A stretch of 64,000 nucleotides of DNA from Minisyncoccota bacterium (GCA_046350775.1 JAXLZS010000001.1:545838-609837); one strand, 5' to 3'. Positions 1 to 10,934 are shown, counted from the first letter of the stretch. The notes: a model not told the origin generated them from the letters alone. Program-made: numbers and translations.

Positions 1-914
1 CTCAATTTACTAACAGTGCAGGATCTTGTACCATCAATCCACTCACTTCTTCTTTATCATGTAGCTCTGATATAAACCTAAAAAAGAATATTACTAAATT
101 ATCAGATGACACACCATTTGTCTTAACCGCATTAAATCTAGTAAGTACTACGACTTTAGATAAAATAAACTCTCTAGACTCTGTAATGTATAATTGGAAT
201 AATGAAAGTGATCAAGATAGTAAACATGCTGGATTCATTGCTCAGCAAGTAGAGCAACTATTCCCAGATCTAGTATCTCTAGACTCTAGAGGATACAAAA
301 CACTTAATTATGCTGGATTTGTACCATATCTAGCTGAATCAATCAAAGAACTCAACAACAAAGCACTATTTGCTAGTGTAGGATCATCAACACTAGTAAA
401 CAATACTCTCCAGACTTCTCTAAATGATTTCTCTTTATTCATATCTACTCTCAATGATAACAATCTAGTATCTACAAATCTCACCAATCTCCACGATCTA
501 TTTTCAAGTTCTTCTCTCTCAGCTATCAAATCTCTAACCAACACTCTCACACAATCAGGATTTGATCTTAATCTAAATGGAAACGCTCTCACCAATGTCA
601 AATCTATTCAGAGTATGAGTGGAAATTGGAGGGTGGGGGAGGATGGGGTGATTTATGCAAATTCATTATGTCTAAGAAATTCTTCCGGACAAAATGTATG
701 TATAAATGCTGATCAATTGCAAAGTTTGACAGGTGTTGCTCCTTCTCAAGGAGTAGTAGACACACCTCAAGAAGTCGCTCAAGACAATACAAACAGTACA
801 TCAAGTACCTCAACAAATGAAAATAATGCAAATTTGAATAGTGAAATAATAGACAATTCTTCAAATTCTTCTACGACTACAGACATAGTCACAGATACAC
901 AAAATAATCCTTAA
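1..914 (+). CDS. 5'-truncated large surface protein, C-terminal peptidase S74 (intramolecular chaperone) domain
   Basis: Frame is open from position 3 (QFTNSAGSCTINP...CSSDINLKKN...YNW...HAGFIAQQVEQLFPDLV). Paralogous to the C-terminus of 1077..4574. The ORF-track start at 186 is internal. Confidence 0.85.
   Translation, partial: QFTNSAGSCTINPLTSSLSCSSDINLKKNITKLSDDTPFVLTALNLVSTTTLDKINSLDSVMYNWNNESDQDSKHAGFIAQQVEQLFPDLVSLDSRGYKTLNYAGFVPYLAESIKELNNKALFASVGSSTLVNNTLQTSLNDFSLFISTLNDNNLVSTNLTNLHDLFSSSSLSAIKSLTNTLTQSGFDLNLNGNALTNVKSIQSMSGNWRVGEDGVIYANSLCLRNSSGQNVCINADQLQSLTGVAPSQGVVDTPQEVAQDNTNSTSSTSTNENNANLNSEIIDNSSNSSTTTDIVTDTQNNP
340..646 (+). repeat. 307-bp cassette A, copy 1 (copy 2 at 15408..15714)
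   Basis: Read side by side, the copies are identical except about 3 synonymous substitutions. Ends in GGAGGGTGGGGGAGGATGG. Confidence 0.95.
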
Positions 915-927
915 TATTCAAAATGAG

Positions 928-984
928 TTATCCACAATTGTCTTTTATAAAAGACTTGTCCTTTATAAAATTGTCGTTTATAAT
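928..984 (+). promoter_or_regulatory. DnaA box, 16-bp palindrome and sigma70 promoter of fibre gene 2
   Basis: TTATCCACA at 928-936; GTCTTTTATAAAAGAC at 940-955; TTGTCC-17 nt-TATAAT at 956-984. Confidence 0.6.
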
Positions 985-1076
985 ATATACATATAAGCAA
1001 GGGTCGCTCAACTTTATAGTTGGCGACTTTTGTTTTTATTCAAATCATCATTATTAATTTTATAAAAAAAAATATT

Positions 1077-4000
1077 ATGAATAAAGTCATAAAAATATTT
1101 CTAATCACAGCAATTGTTTTCAATGTGTCTTATTTTTCTGCTAGTGCACAGACTGGAGGATTTTGGAGTAATCTATATACAAAGATATCTTGCAGTGTCT
1201 CGAGTATTTTTTCTGGAAAAGAAAAATGTAATATTAACACTAATATTATAAATACAAATACAAAGAAAGCAAAATCTGAAGATACTTCTTTAGTTAAAGA
1301 AAATAACTCTATTCAATCAGAAACAAAAAATTTGAATACTAATACTAGTCAGATTGTGTATCTTCAAGGTCCCGCTGGTCCTGCTGGACAAAAAGGTGAT
1401 AAAGGAGAAAAGGGTGATGTGGTATATGTGAATAATCCAAACCAAAATACAAACTGGTCTAGTCTGTATGTGCCAGAATTAAAATATCAATATGTGCCGG
1501 TCGCCAGCTCTGATGCGACAAATAGAGTCACTCCAAATGCAGCTATAACTGTACAAAATACAGGGTCTTTATTTTCTACTGGTCTCTCTGGATCCGGAAG
1601 CTCTTCAGATGCTAATCATGCAAATATTTTTGGTGTAAATGCTGGATATGATGCTACATATGCCTCTGAGTCCAACTTCTTAGGATATCAATCTGGATAT
1701 CAAGCAATCAATGCCTATAACTCAAACTTCTTTGGATCAAATGCCGGCAATGGTGCAACCAATGCAAACAGCTCAAACTTCTTTGGACAAATGTCAGGAA
1801 AAGATGCTACTGATGCCTATAATTCAAACTTCTTAGGATACCAATCAGGATATGGTGCAACCAATTCATTCCACTCCAATTTCTTTGGATCATACGCTGG
1901 ACAAGGTGCCACCAACGCTGCCAACTCAATATTTATAGGAAGAAGTGCTGGTCAAAATGATACAGTAGATAATACAATCAACGGTCTCTCTTCTATACTC
2001 ATAGGCTCATACACTAATACGGGAGGATATTCTAATTCTATATTACTCGGTAATGGTACAAGCGGATCTCCAATCTCAAATACAAAAGCAAACCAATTCA
2101 TGCTTGCTCCTTCTATCACAGAATTAAATCTAAGAGGAGTTAATTACACTTTGCCTTCTACTATCGGTGCAACAGGTACAGTCCTCACAAATGATGGTAG
2201 TGGAGTACTCAGTTGGGGAGTGGGAGGGGGAGGTGCGACAGATGCTTTTGTGCAAGATGGCAACTCATTTTCTGCTCTAGCTACTCTAGGTACAAATGAT
2301 AATAACGATCTAGCATTTGAGACAAATGGTACAGAGAAGATGAGACTGACAACTGATGGAAGACTCGGTATAAATACCACAAATCCTACATCTCTTTTAC
2401 ATATATCAGTCCCAGAGACAAATACGACCTTTTCTGGTGCAGGATTAAATGATGCTGTCTTCAGTGGCACATATTCTGGTCCTGGTGATTTTGTGACAAT
2501 CACAATAACCTCGACAGACCCATCTGGAGATACCTACTCATACAGCTCATGCTGTGGTGGAGGTAATAATACTATATCTGCTGGAGTTACTCAGAGTCTC
2601 ATCTGGGGTATGTCTGTGACATTTGCTTCTGCTACTGGACATCAGGTAGGTGATAGCTGGACTTATTATTCCTCCTCTCGGGCCTCTTTAAATACGCCTG
2701 CTATTCAAGTAAAAGGGTCATCTGGAAATTATTTTATAGTCAACGCAATTGCTAATAATTCAAACTTTATAGGAGAAGAGGCCGGCTCTCAAGCTACAAA
2801 TGCTGAATTTTCAAATTTTTTTGGTTGGAGATCTGGTTATCAAGCAACCTATGCCAGCGATTCAAACTTCTTAGGTCAAAATGCTGGCTATGGTGCAACC
2901 TCTGCCTCCGCTTCAAACTTCTTAGGTTATTATGCTGGCTATCAAGCAACCTCTGCCCGCCAATCAAACTTCTTAGGACAAGTTGCTGGATATCAAGCAA
3001 CCTCTGCCAACTATTCAAACTTCTTAGGTAACTATGCTGGCTACCAAGCAGCCAATGCCTCCAATTCAAACTTCTTAGGTCAAAATGCTGGACAAGGTGC
3101 AACCTCTGCAGACAATTCAAACTTCTTCGGTCAAAGTGCTGGCTTTAATGCAACAGACGCTAACTATTCCAACTTCTTAGGTAGCTATGCTGGACAAGAT
3201 GCAACAAACGCTAACTTTTCAAACTTCTTAGGTACTGCTGCTGGATATGGCGCAACATACGCTGACCATTCCAACTTCTTTGGATCAAATGCTGGCAATG
3301 GTGCAACAGACGCTTACTATTCCAACTTCTTTGGGCCAAGTGCTGGCTTTAATGCAACAAACGCTAACTCTTCCAACTTCTTAGGTGGCAATGCTGGCTC
3401 TAATGCAACAAACGCTTACTCTTCCAACTTCTTAGGACGTGAGGCTGGCTCTGGTGCAACCGATGCTTACCATTCCAACTTCTTAGGACAGAATGCTGGC
3501 TATCAAGCCACCTATGCCAACTATTCCAACTTCTTAGGTAACTATGCTGGCTATGGTGCAACCGATGCTTACCATTCCAACTTCTTAGGTCAAAATGCTG
3601 GACGAGGTGCAACTTCTGCTTCCTATTCAAATCTATTTGGATATCAAGCAGGAAAGACATTTACTAATAATACTATAGGTGCAAACAATATCATAATCGG
3701 TACAAACATATCTCTACCGAATGGGACAGCTAATGCAATGAATATCGGTGGAGTATTGTTTGGTTCTGGATTTAACTCAGATACATCTAGCGACCCAAAT
3801 ATTACAGCTGTCACAAGTGGTAAAATTGGTATTGCTAAAATCAATCCTCAATATACTCTCGATGTGGGAAATTCTTCAACTATTGGCATCATAGCTCAAT
3901 TCACCAATTCTACAGGCTATTGTACAATCAATCCTACAAACACATCTTTGTCTTGTACTTCAGATATAAATCTCAAGAAAAATATTGTAAATATTAAAGA

Positions 4001-4574
4001 TGGCAGTGAATTTGTACTTGGAAATATAAATGCTTCTGACTCTGTATCTATACTAGACAAAATATCTGGTCTTGATCCAGTCTATTATAATTGGAAATCA
4101 GAACAAGATACTGATGCAAAGCATGCAGGATTCATAGCTCAGCAAGTGGAGCAAGTATTTCCAGATCTCGTCACTACAGATGGCAATACTAATATCAAAT
4201 CTGTAAACTATACTGGATTCACTCCATACATAGTCAATGCTATAAAAGAAATAAAAAATACTATCTCAGGTACTATCACCGCCATGAAGGGATACTTTGA
4301 GGAGATATTTACCAAAAAGATACATACAGATATGCTTTGTGTTAAAAAATCAGACGGTACAGAATTTTGTGCGAATGGTGATCAGTTAGAATCTGCTCTA
4401 AATAATATAAATGGTGGAAGTACGACAAATACTTCTATCTCATCAGGAGATGATAATCTGGAAAATCTTACCGTATCAGCATCTTCTAGTCCTTCTATAG
4501 AAGAAGAGATTTTAGATTCTTCCACAACCGTAGACACATTGATAGATACATCAGACACACAAAATAATAATTAA
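1077..4574 (+). CDS. Secreted trimeric fibre/adhesin-like protein: signal peptide, short collagen-like stretch, two arrays of 17-aa repeats, peptidase S74 domain
   Basis: ATG at 1077 gives the signal peptide MNKVIKIFLITAIVFNVSYFSASA. Collagen-like GPAGPAGQKGDKGEKGD; repeats ATxAxxSNFLGxxAGxx; S74 motif SDINLKKN...GFIAQQVEQVFPDLV. Confidence 0.85.
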   Translation: MNKVIKIFLITAIVFNVSYFSASAQTGGFWSNLYTKISCSVSSIFSGKEKCNINTNIINTNTKKAKSEDTSLVKENNSIQSETKNLNTNTSQIVYLQGPAGPAGQKGDKGEKGDVVYVNNPNQNTNWSSLYVPELKYQYVPVASSDATNRVTPNAAITVQNTGSLFSTGLSGSGSSSDANHANIFGVNAGYDATYASESNFLGYQSGYQAINAYNSNFFGSNAGNGATNANSSNFFGQMSGKDATDAYNSNFLGYQSGYGATNSFHSNFFGSYAGQGATNAANSIFIGRSAGQNDTVDNTINGLSSILIGSYTNTGGYSNSILLGNGTSGSPISNTKANQFMLAPSITELNLRGVNYTLPSTIGATGTVLTNDGSGVLSWGVGGGGATDAFVQDGNSFSALATLGTNDNNDLAFETNGTEKMRLTTDGRLGINTTNPTSLLHISVPETNTTFSGAGLNDAVFSGTYSGPGDFVTITITSTDPSGDTYSYSSCCGGGNNTISAGVTQSLIWGMSVTFASATGHQVGDSWTYYSSSRASLNTPAIQVKGSSGNYFIVNAIANNSNFIGEEAGSQATNAEFSNFFGWRSGYQATYASDSNFLGQNAGYGATSASASNFLGYYAGYQATSARQSNFLGQVAGYQATSANYSNFLGNYAGYQAANASNSNFLGQNAGQGATSADNSNFFGQSAGFNATDANYSNFLGSYAGQDATNANFSNFLGTAAGYGATYADHSNFFGSNAGNGATDAYYSNFFGPSAGFNATNANSSNFLGGNAGSNATNAYSSNFLGREAGSGATDAYHSNFLGQNAGYQATYANYSNFLGNYAGYGATDAYHSNFLGQNAGRGATSASYSNLFGYQAGKTFTNNTIGANNIIIGTNISLPNGTANAMNIGGVLFGSGFNSDTSSDPNITAVTSGKIGIAKINPQYTLDVGNSSTIGIIAQFTNSTGYCTINPTNTSLSCTSDINLKKNIVNIKDGSEFVLGNINASDSVSILDKISGLDPVYYNWKSEQDTDAKHAGFIAQQVEQVFPDLVTTDGNTNIKSVNYTGFTPYIVNAIKEIKNTISGTITAMKGYFEEIFTKKIHTDMLCVKKSDGTEFCANGDQLESALNNINGGSTTNTSISSGDDNLENLTVSASSSPSIEEEILDSSTTVDTLIDTSDTQNNN
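1612..1958 (+). repeat. Coding tandem repeat, about 7 x 51 bp (17 aa)
   Basis: SNFF/LG...AG periodicity of 17 residues. Confidence 0.85.
1905..2234 (+). repeat. 330-bp cassette B, copy 1 (copy 2 at 12518..12847)
   Basis: About 4 mismatches between copies. Ends in TGGGGAGTGGGAGGGGGAGGT. Confidence 0.95.
2751..3660 (+). repeat. Coding tandem repeat, about 18 x 51 bp (17 aa)
   Basis: Conserved core TCMAACTTCTTAGG recurs every 51 bp. Confidence 0.9.
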
Positions 4575-4584
4575 TTATAAAAAT

Positions 4585-5916
4585 ATGTCACACACATTTA
4601 CATCAAAAAAAATCTTCATGCTGTTATTTTTAGGAATAATTCTTTTCAGTATTCCTCATAATTTTGCTCAGACTGTAGGTCAGTCATACGACACCAGTGG
4701 TTTTTCTCCTATTATGAATGATGCTCCATGTGTAGATTTACAATATGATCTGAGACCAGGATCTAGAGATTATTATATATATGGAAATGTGATGAAATTG
4801 CAAATGTTTTTATATCAAAATGAAATGATGGCGTATCCTCCGACTGGTCTATATGCGAATTATACTTTTAACGCTGTATTAAATTTTCAAAATTCAGTAG
4901 GATTGAGACCTACAGGTGTAGTTGATTACTATACTAGGATGGCTCTAAAAAAAGTATCTTGCCCAGCTGAAAATGTTAATACTAATTATTCAAATCAGAA
5001 TAATTCAAATAATTATAATCAAAACAACTATCAATATGTGATAAATAGTAATCCAGTAATAAATACACAAACTCTATTTTATTGCTCATTTAATGGAGTG
5101 TCATACGCATCTCAGTCTGATTACAATTATTATTGTATAAATAATAATACTCAGATTAAGTATACAGTCTCATTCAATTCTAATGGTGGAAGCTCTATAA
5201 GCTCACAGAGTATCTTAGCTGGCTACACTTTGCCTATATCATCATATGTTCCTACAAAATCCGGATACACTTTCGCTGGATGGTATACAGATACCGGTCT
5301 TACAAATCTTTATGATTTCTCAAATCCAGTGACTTCAAATATCACTCTTTATGCTAAATGGAATGAGGACAATACTGCATATACATACACTGTATCATTT
5401 CAATCTAATGGTGGTAAAAGTATAGATTCTCAATCTGTGACATCAGGCTCATATGCTATTAGACCATCTGACCCTTCAAGATCTGGCTACAATTTTGCTG
5501 GATGGTATACAGATTCTGGACTTACAAATCTTTACGATTTCTCAAATCCTGTGACTTCAAATATCACTCTTTATGCTAAATGGTCTCTTTATGACAGGAC
5601 TTCATTTGGGGCGCAAGTGAGTATGATATTATGCTCATCCTCTGTATTATTTGAGCCTGTTTACGATGACTTTTGGCAGTTGCAAAGTTATAAATCATAT
5701 TGTCTTTCAGATACTTCTGTTTCTGGTTATAATTCTACAAATCCAGGCAAATATCCTGTCTCTCGTGATTATATATTAGTCCCAGCATCAAATATAAATT
5801 TTGGAGCAATAAAAATAGGAGAGGAGTATTATAGTCTGACCGATCAATATATTTATCAGACTATCTCTGGATCTTCATATAAGAAATATCAAGTCTCACT
5901 AATGATAAAACAATAA
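4585..5916 (+). CDS. Secreted protein with peptidoglycan-binding-like domain and two InlB B (Flg_new) repeats
   Basis: Signal peptide; V..LQ.FL...PTG.Y...T..AV..FQ...GL.PTGVV...TR..L; two YTVSF.SNGG...GY.FAGWY...ITLYAKW units. Confidence 0.8.
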   Translation: MSHTFTSKKIFMLLFLGIILFSIPHNFAQTVGQSYDTSGFSPIMNDAPCVDLQYDLRPGSRDYYIYGNVMKLQMFLYQNEMMAYPPTGLYANYTFNAVLNFQNSVGLRPTGVVDYYTRMALKKVSCPAENVNTNYSNQNNSNNYNQNNYQYVINSNPVINTQTLFYCSFNGVSYASQSDYNYYCINNNTQIKYTVSFNSNGGSSISSQSILAGYTLPISSYVPTKSGYTFAGWYTDTGLTNLYDFSNPVTSNITLYAKWNEDNTAYTYTVSFQSNGGKSIDSQSVTSGSYAIRPSDPSRSGYNFAGWYTDSGLTNLYDFSNPVTSNITLYAKWSLYDRTSFGAQVSMILCSSSVLFEPVYDDFWQLQSYKSYCLSDTSVSGYNSTNPGKYPVSRDYILVPASNINFGAIKIGEEYYSLTDQYIYQTISGSSYKKYQVSLMIKQ

Positions 5917-5920
5917 ATAT

Positions 5921-6343
5921 ATGTTGAATAAAAAGACACAACAAATAATAGATAGGGAAAATGAGCACTTGCCTCTTTCTGGCAATCTTTATGAGAAAAA
6001 TCAAAGAAGAATATCTCTCTCTAGATCTTTTAAAGTTATGTTTTTGTCTATCGTCAGTGGTCTCGTAGTCGTAATTGTGATTTTTGGATATATAAATAGT
6101 GCCAAAACAAAAGCAGAATCTGTCACTCAAGAAAATGTGATTTCTCAACTTAGTAAACAAATATCTTTACCAAATGAGGCTCCTGTCACTTTTTTGAGGG
6201 TTTCTGATGCAAAAAATCTTTCTCTTCAAGATGAATTTTATAAAAATGTCCAAAATGGAGACTATATTATAGTCTACAGCTCTATGGCCCTAGTTTATGA
6301 TTTTTCAAATAATAAGATAGAAAATGTTAAAACAATCAGATGA
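5921..6343 (+). CDS. Hypothetical single-pass membrane protein
   Basis: 140-aa ORF with one TM segment; LP.E.P...FYKN.QNGD motif typical of CPR hypotheticals. Confidence 0.7.
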   Translation: MLNKKTQQIIDRENEHLPLSGNLYEKNQRRISLSRSFKVMFLSIVSGLVVVIVIFGYINSAKTKAESVTQENVISQLSKQISLPNEAPVTFLRVSDAKNLSLQDEFYKNVQNGDYIIVYSSMALVYDFSNNKIENVKTIR

Positions 6344-6576
6344 TAAAGAAAAAATATTTTATCAATAATTTTTTCTACTAAAAAATCATTTATAATCATT
6401 TTTATTTGCATATTATCATTATTTATGATAATATTTGTGGTATTCACTTAGCTTTATCTTTAATTTGGCGGAGTGCATTTATAAGTTTATAAATTTAGTT
6501 TAATAAAGGTCCAATATTATTTCACGAATAGATGTAGAAATAACAAGACCAAATCAATAATAATCAATAAAATTTT

Positions 6577-7770
<1,194 letters not shown>

Positions 7771-7811
7771 TTATAAAAACTAATCGCTCTTTCTAATCAA
7801 GTTATAAATTT

Positions 7812-8252
7812 ATGACAGAAACAAAAAAACCAGCAACAAAAAAAACAGTAGCTAAAAAAGTTGCTACCAAAAAAGCAGTTGCTAAAAAGCCTATCGATAT
7901 AAAGACAGAAGGTGATTTTCCAAAATCTAAAGCTAAAAAAGGAGATGAAAATAAACTTCGAATTTTAGTCAAAGCTTATGAGCCTAAAGTGCTCGACATA
8001 TCTGTCAAACAAATAATTGATACAGCAAAAAGATTTGATGCGGAAATTTTAGGACCAGTTCCTCTTCCAATTGAAATCTCAAAATACACAGTAAACAGAT
8101 CAACATTTGTTTACAAAAATGCTAGAGAGCAATTTGAGATCAGAGTTCACAAAAGACTCATTGATATCATAAATCCAAACCCAAAATTGATCGAAGCTCT
8201 GACAAATTTGTCACTTCCATCAGGTGTAGACATTAATGTCAAAATGGGTTAG
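7812..8252 (+). CDS. rpsJ: 30S ribosomal protein S10 with Lys/Ala-rich N-terminal extension
   Basis: GPVPLP...TVNRS...AREQFEIRVHKRLIDI. Confidence 0.97.
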   Translation: MTETKKPATKKTVAKKVATKKAVAKKPIDIKTEGDFPKSKAKKGDENKLRILVKAYEPKVLDISVKQIIDTAKRFDAEILGPVPLPIEISKYTVNRSTFVYKNAREQFEIRVHKRLIDIINPNPKLIEALTNLSLPSGVDINVKMG

Positions 8253-8360
8253 TATAAGATTCTTAAGATTAAGTTTTTAAGAAAGCAAAATTATTAAAAA
8301 TAAAATAAATCGACCAATGGCTCTCCTCACAAGAGAGAGTTATGTCGTTACTGAAAATAT

Positions 8361-8969
8361 ATGAAATTCATGATTGCCACAAAACAGAATATGACTCAGT
8401 TCTTTGATGATGAAGGAGTGGTGCATCCAGCTACAGTCTTGTCTGCTGGCCCACTTACTGTCACTCAAGTAAAGACCAAAGAAAAAGATGGCTATGAGTC
8501 AGTACAGGTCGCTTCTTTCCCACAAAAGAAAGAAAGAGTCTCAAAATCTGTACTTGGTCACACAGCAGAAGCTTTTAAAGTCATAAAAGAATTTAGAGGA
8601 AATGTTGGTGATTTACAAAAAGGAGCAAGTATCAATATTGATATTCTCCAAGCAGGAGACGTAGTCACATTGTCTGGTATTTCTAAAGGAAAAGGCTTTC
8701 AAGGAGTCGTCAAAAGACATGGCTTCAAAGGAGGCTGGGGACAACATGGACAAAAGCACTCACTTCGCGAGCCAGGATCAATTGGAGGAGGAGGACGTGC
8801 CGGAGGTCGTGTCGTCAAAGGAAAGAAAATGGCCGGAAGAATGGGTTCTGATAGAGTTACCCAAAAGAATGTAAAAGTACTCGATGTCGATGTAGAGCAC
8901 GGACTAATCTTAGTAAAGGGTGCTGTTCCTGGTAAAAGAGGCACAGTTATCGAAATAGTTCAAAAATAA
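8361..8969 (+). CDS. rplC: 50S ribosomal protein L3
   Basis: SKGKGFQGVVKRHGF, GKKMAGRMG, VKGAVPG. Confidence 0.98.
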   Translation: MKFMIATKQNMTQFFDDEGVVHPATVLSAGPLTVTQVKTKEKDGYESVQVASFPQKKERVSKSVLGHTAEAFKVIKEFRGNVGDLQKGASINIDILQAGDVVTLSGISKGKGFQGVVKRHGFKGGWGQHGQKHSLREPGSIGGGGRAGGRVVKGKKMAGRMGSDRVTQKNVKVLDVDVEHGLILVKGAVPGKRGTVIEIVQK

Positions 8970-8987
8970 TTTCTGAAATAAAAATAT

Positions 8988-9650
8988 ATGAAAACACAAG
9001 TATACAATCAATCAGGAAAAGCAGTAAAAGAAATTGATCTACCAGAAAATATTTTTGGCTTACCTTTTAATGGAGACTTAGTTTCTCAAGTGCTTTATAT
9101 CCAAAGAGCAAATCAAAGAGCTGGTACAGCTCACACAAAAGATCGTGGCGAAGTGGCTGGTTCAAATCAAAAGCCTTGGCAACAAAAAGGTACTGGTCGC
9201 GCAAGACACGGATCAAAAAGATCTCCAATATGGAGACATGGAGGTGTGACTCATGGACCAAGAAATGAAAAGAGTTACAAAAAAGATCTTCCAAAAAACA
9301 TGAAGACTCAAGCTCTCTTTTCTCTATTATCTGCCAAATTAAAGGATGGAAAAATACTTTTCATCGATGAGATCACAGCTACAACTTCAAAAACTAAAGA
9401 TGCAGTAGCAATAATGAAGAATATTGCAACTGTTAAAAACTTTGAAAATCTAGTTTACAAGAAAAAAGGAAATGTCTATATGACTTTTCCAAAGCTTCTT
9501 GCAAATGAAAAAAGATCATTTAGAAATCTTCCTTATGTCATGGCACATAATATGGAAGATCTAAATCCTAACGATATCGCTAATGCGAGATATCTAGTTA
9601 TTACCAATCCAGAAGCTACTGTCGAGTATCTTAATAGTAAATTAAAATAA
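8988..9650 (+). CDS. rplD: 50S ribosomal protein L4
   Basis: KPWQQKGTGRARHGS.RSPIWR.GG..HGP. Confidence 0.98.
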   Translation: MKTQVYNQSGKAVKEIDLPENIFGLPFNGDLVSQVLYIQRANQRAGTAHTKDRGEVAGSNQKPWQQKGTGRARHGSKRSPIWRHGGVTHGPRNEKSYKKDLPKNMKTQALFSLLSAKLKDGKILFIDEITATTSKTKDAVAIMKNIATVKNFENLVYKKKGNVYMTFPKLLANEKRSFRNLPYVMAHNMEDLNPNDIANARYLVITNPEATVEYLNSKLK

Positions 9651-9654
9651 ATTT

Positions 9655-9984
9655 ATGACTAAAAAAGAAATCACAACAAAAGATACTAAAGATGAGAATG
9701 TCAAAGTAGAAAAAAATAATTCTCTTATAATTTCTCCAAGATTGACAGAGAAAGCTGCAAATCTTTCATCACAAAATGTTTACACATTCAATGTGAAAGA
9801 AGAGGCGACAAAGATAACTCTTGCTCAAGAAATCAAAAAAACTTATAAAGTAACTCCTATAAAGATTACTATTATCAACAATCCTCGCACAGCAGTATTT
9901 GCTAGAGGAAAGCTTGGATTCCAATCTAAATTTAAAAAAGCTTCTGTCTTTTTAAAGAAAGGAGACAAAATAAACTTAGCATAA
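9655..9984 (+). CDS. rplW: 50S ribosomal protein L23
   Basis: PRLTEKA, YTFNV, KKA.V.LKKG; lies between rplD and rplB. Confidence 0.95.
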   Translation: MTKKEITTKDTKDENVKVEKNNSLIISPRLTEKAANLSSQNVYTFNVKEEATKITLAQEIKKTYKVTPIKITIINNPRTAVFARGKLGFQSKFKKASVFLKKGDKINLA

Positions 9985-10046
9985 ATAATCCAACAAGAGC
10001 CGAAATACATTATGGTAAATTAAGCCGATAAATTAATTGTAAAATT

Positions 10047-10895
10047 ATGAAAAAATACAAACCAACAACCCCTTCAAGAAGAACAATGACAGGGATTGAT
10101 TACAGAAAAATCTTAACTAAAAGTAAACCAATAAAATCTCTAACAAGTGGATTTAGTCGTGGTAATGGAAGAAATTCTCACGGTCGTGTCACTACTTACT
10201 ACAAAGGTGGTGGACACAAGAGAAGCTATCGTGATGTGGATTTCAAATATAATAAATTTGATATTCCAGCAAGAATTGCTTCTGTAGAATATGATCCAAA
10301 CAGATCTGGCTTTATCGGTCTAGCTATTTATGCTGACGGAGAAAGAAGATATGTTCTTCTTCCAAAAGAGATCAAAGTAGGAGACAAATTCATCGTCTCA
10401 GAAAAAGCTGATCTGCATGTTGGAAATAGATGCATGCTAAGCAATATACCAGTAGGAACAAATGTCTACAATATTGAGATCAAAAAAGGAGCGGGTGCCA
10501 AGATGGTACGTAGTGCCGGAAGTTTTGCTCAAGTTGTCGCTCATGACAATGGCTTCACTTCTATCAAGCTACCTTCTACAGAAGTCAGAAAAGTGCCAGA
10601 CTTTTGCTACGCTTCAATCGGATCTGTTTCAAATGATGAATACAGATTGAGAGTTATCGGTAAAGCTGGTAGAAGTCGCTGGCTAGGTATCAGACCAAAG
10701 ACACGTGCCAAAGCTAAAAACCCAGTTGACCATCCATATGGAGGAGGGGAAGGAAGCCAACCAAGAGGTACAAGAAAGCCAAAGACAGCTACAGGAAAAG
10801 TTACTGGTGGTCGAAAGACAAGAAGAAGCAAGAAGTATTCTAACAGTCATATTGTGACAAGAAGATCTCGTGGCAAAAAGAACTCTAATGCTTAA
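10047..10895 (+). CDS. rplB: 50S ribosomal protein L2
   Basis: GGGHKR.YR, EYDPNRS, GKAGRSRW.G.RP, NPVDHPYGGGEG. Confidence 0.99.
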   Translation: MKKYKPTTPSRRTMTGIDYRKILTKSKPIKSLTSGFSRGNGRNSHGRVTTYYKGGGHKRSYRDVDFKYNKFDIPARIASVEYDPNRSGFIGLAIYADGERRYVLLPKEIKVGDKFIVSEKADLHVGNRCMLSNIPVGTNVYNIEIKKGAGAKMVRSAGSFAQVVAHDNGFTSIKLPSTEVRKVPDFCYASIGSVSNDEYRLRVIGKAGRSRWLGIRPKTRAKAKNPVDHPYGGGEGSQPRGTRKPKTATGKVTGGRKTRRSKKYSNSHIVTRRSRGKKNSNA

Positions 10896-10902
10896 TTAGA
10901 AT

Positions 10903-10934
10903 TTGCAAAAAAGCTATAAATATATTATTATAAT
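10903..10934 (+). promoter_or_regulatory. sigma70-like promoter for rpsL within a 47-bp gap
   Basis: TTGCAA-17 nt-TATTAT, with an overlapping TATAAT, ending 8-11 nt before the ATG. Confidence 0.55.

Noticed and set aside
915-1076. Replication origin suggested by a perfect DnaA box
   Set aside because: Only one box, no cluster, and no dnaA or dnaN nearby.
2751-3660. Regular 51-bp periodic repeat resembling a CRISPR array
   Set aside because: It is an in-frame coding repeat with degenerate third positions, no unique spacers and no cas genes.
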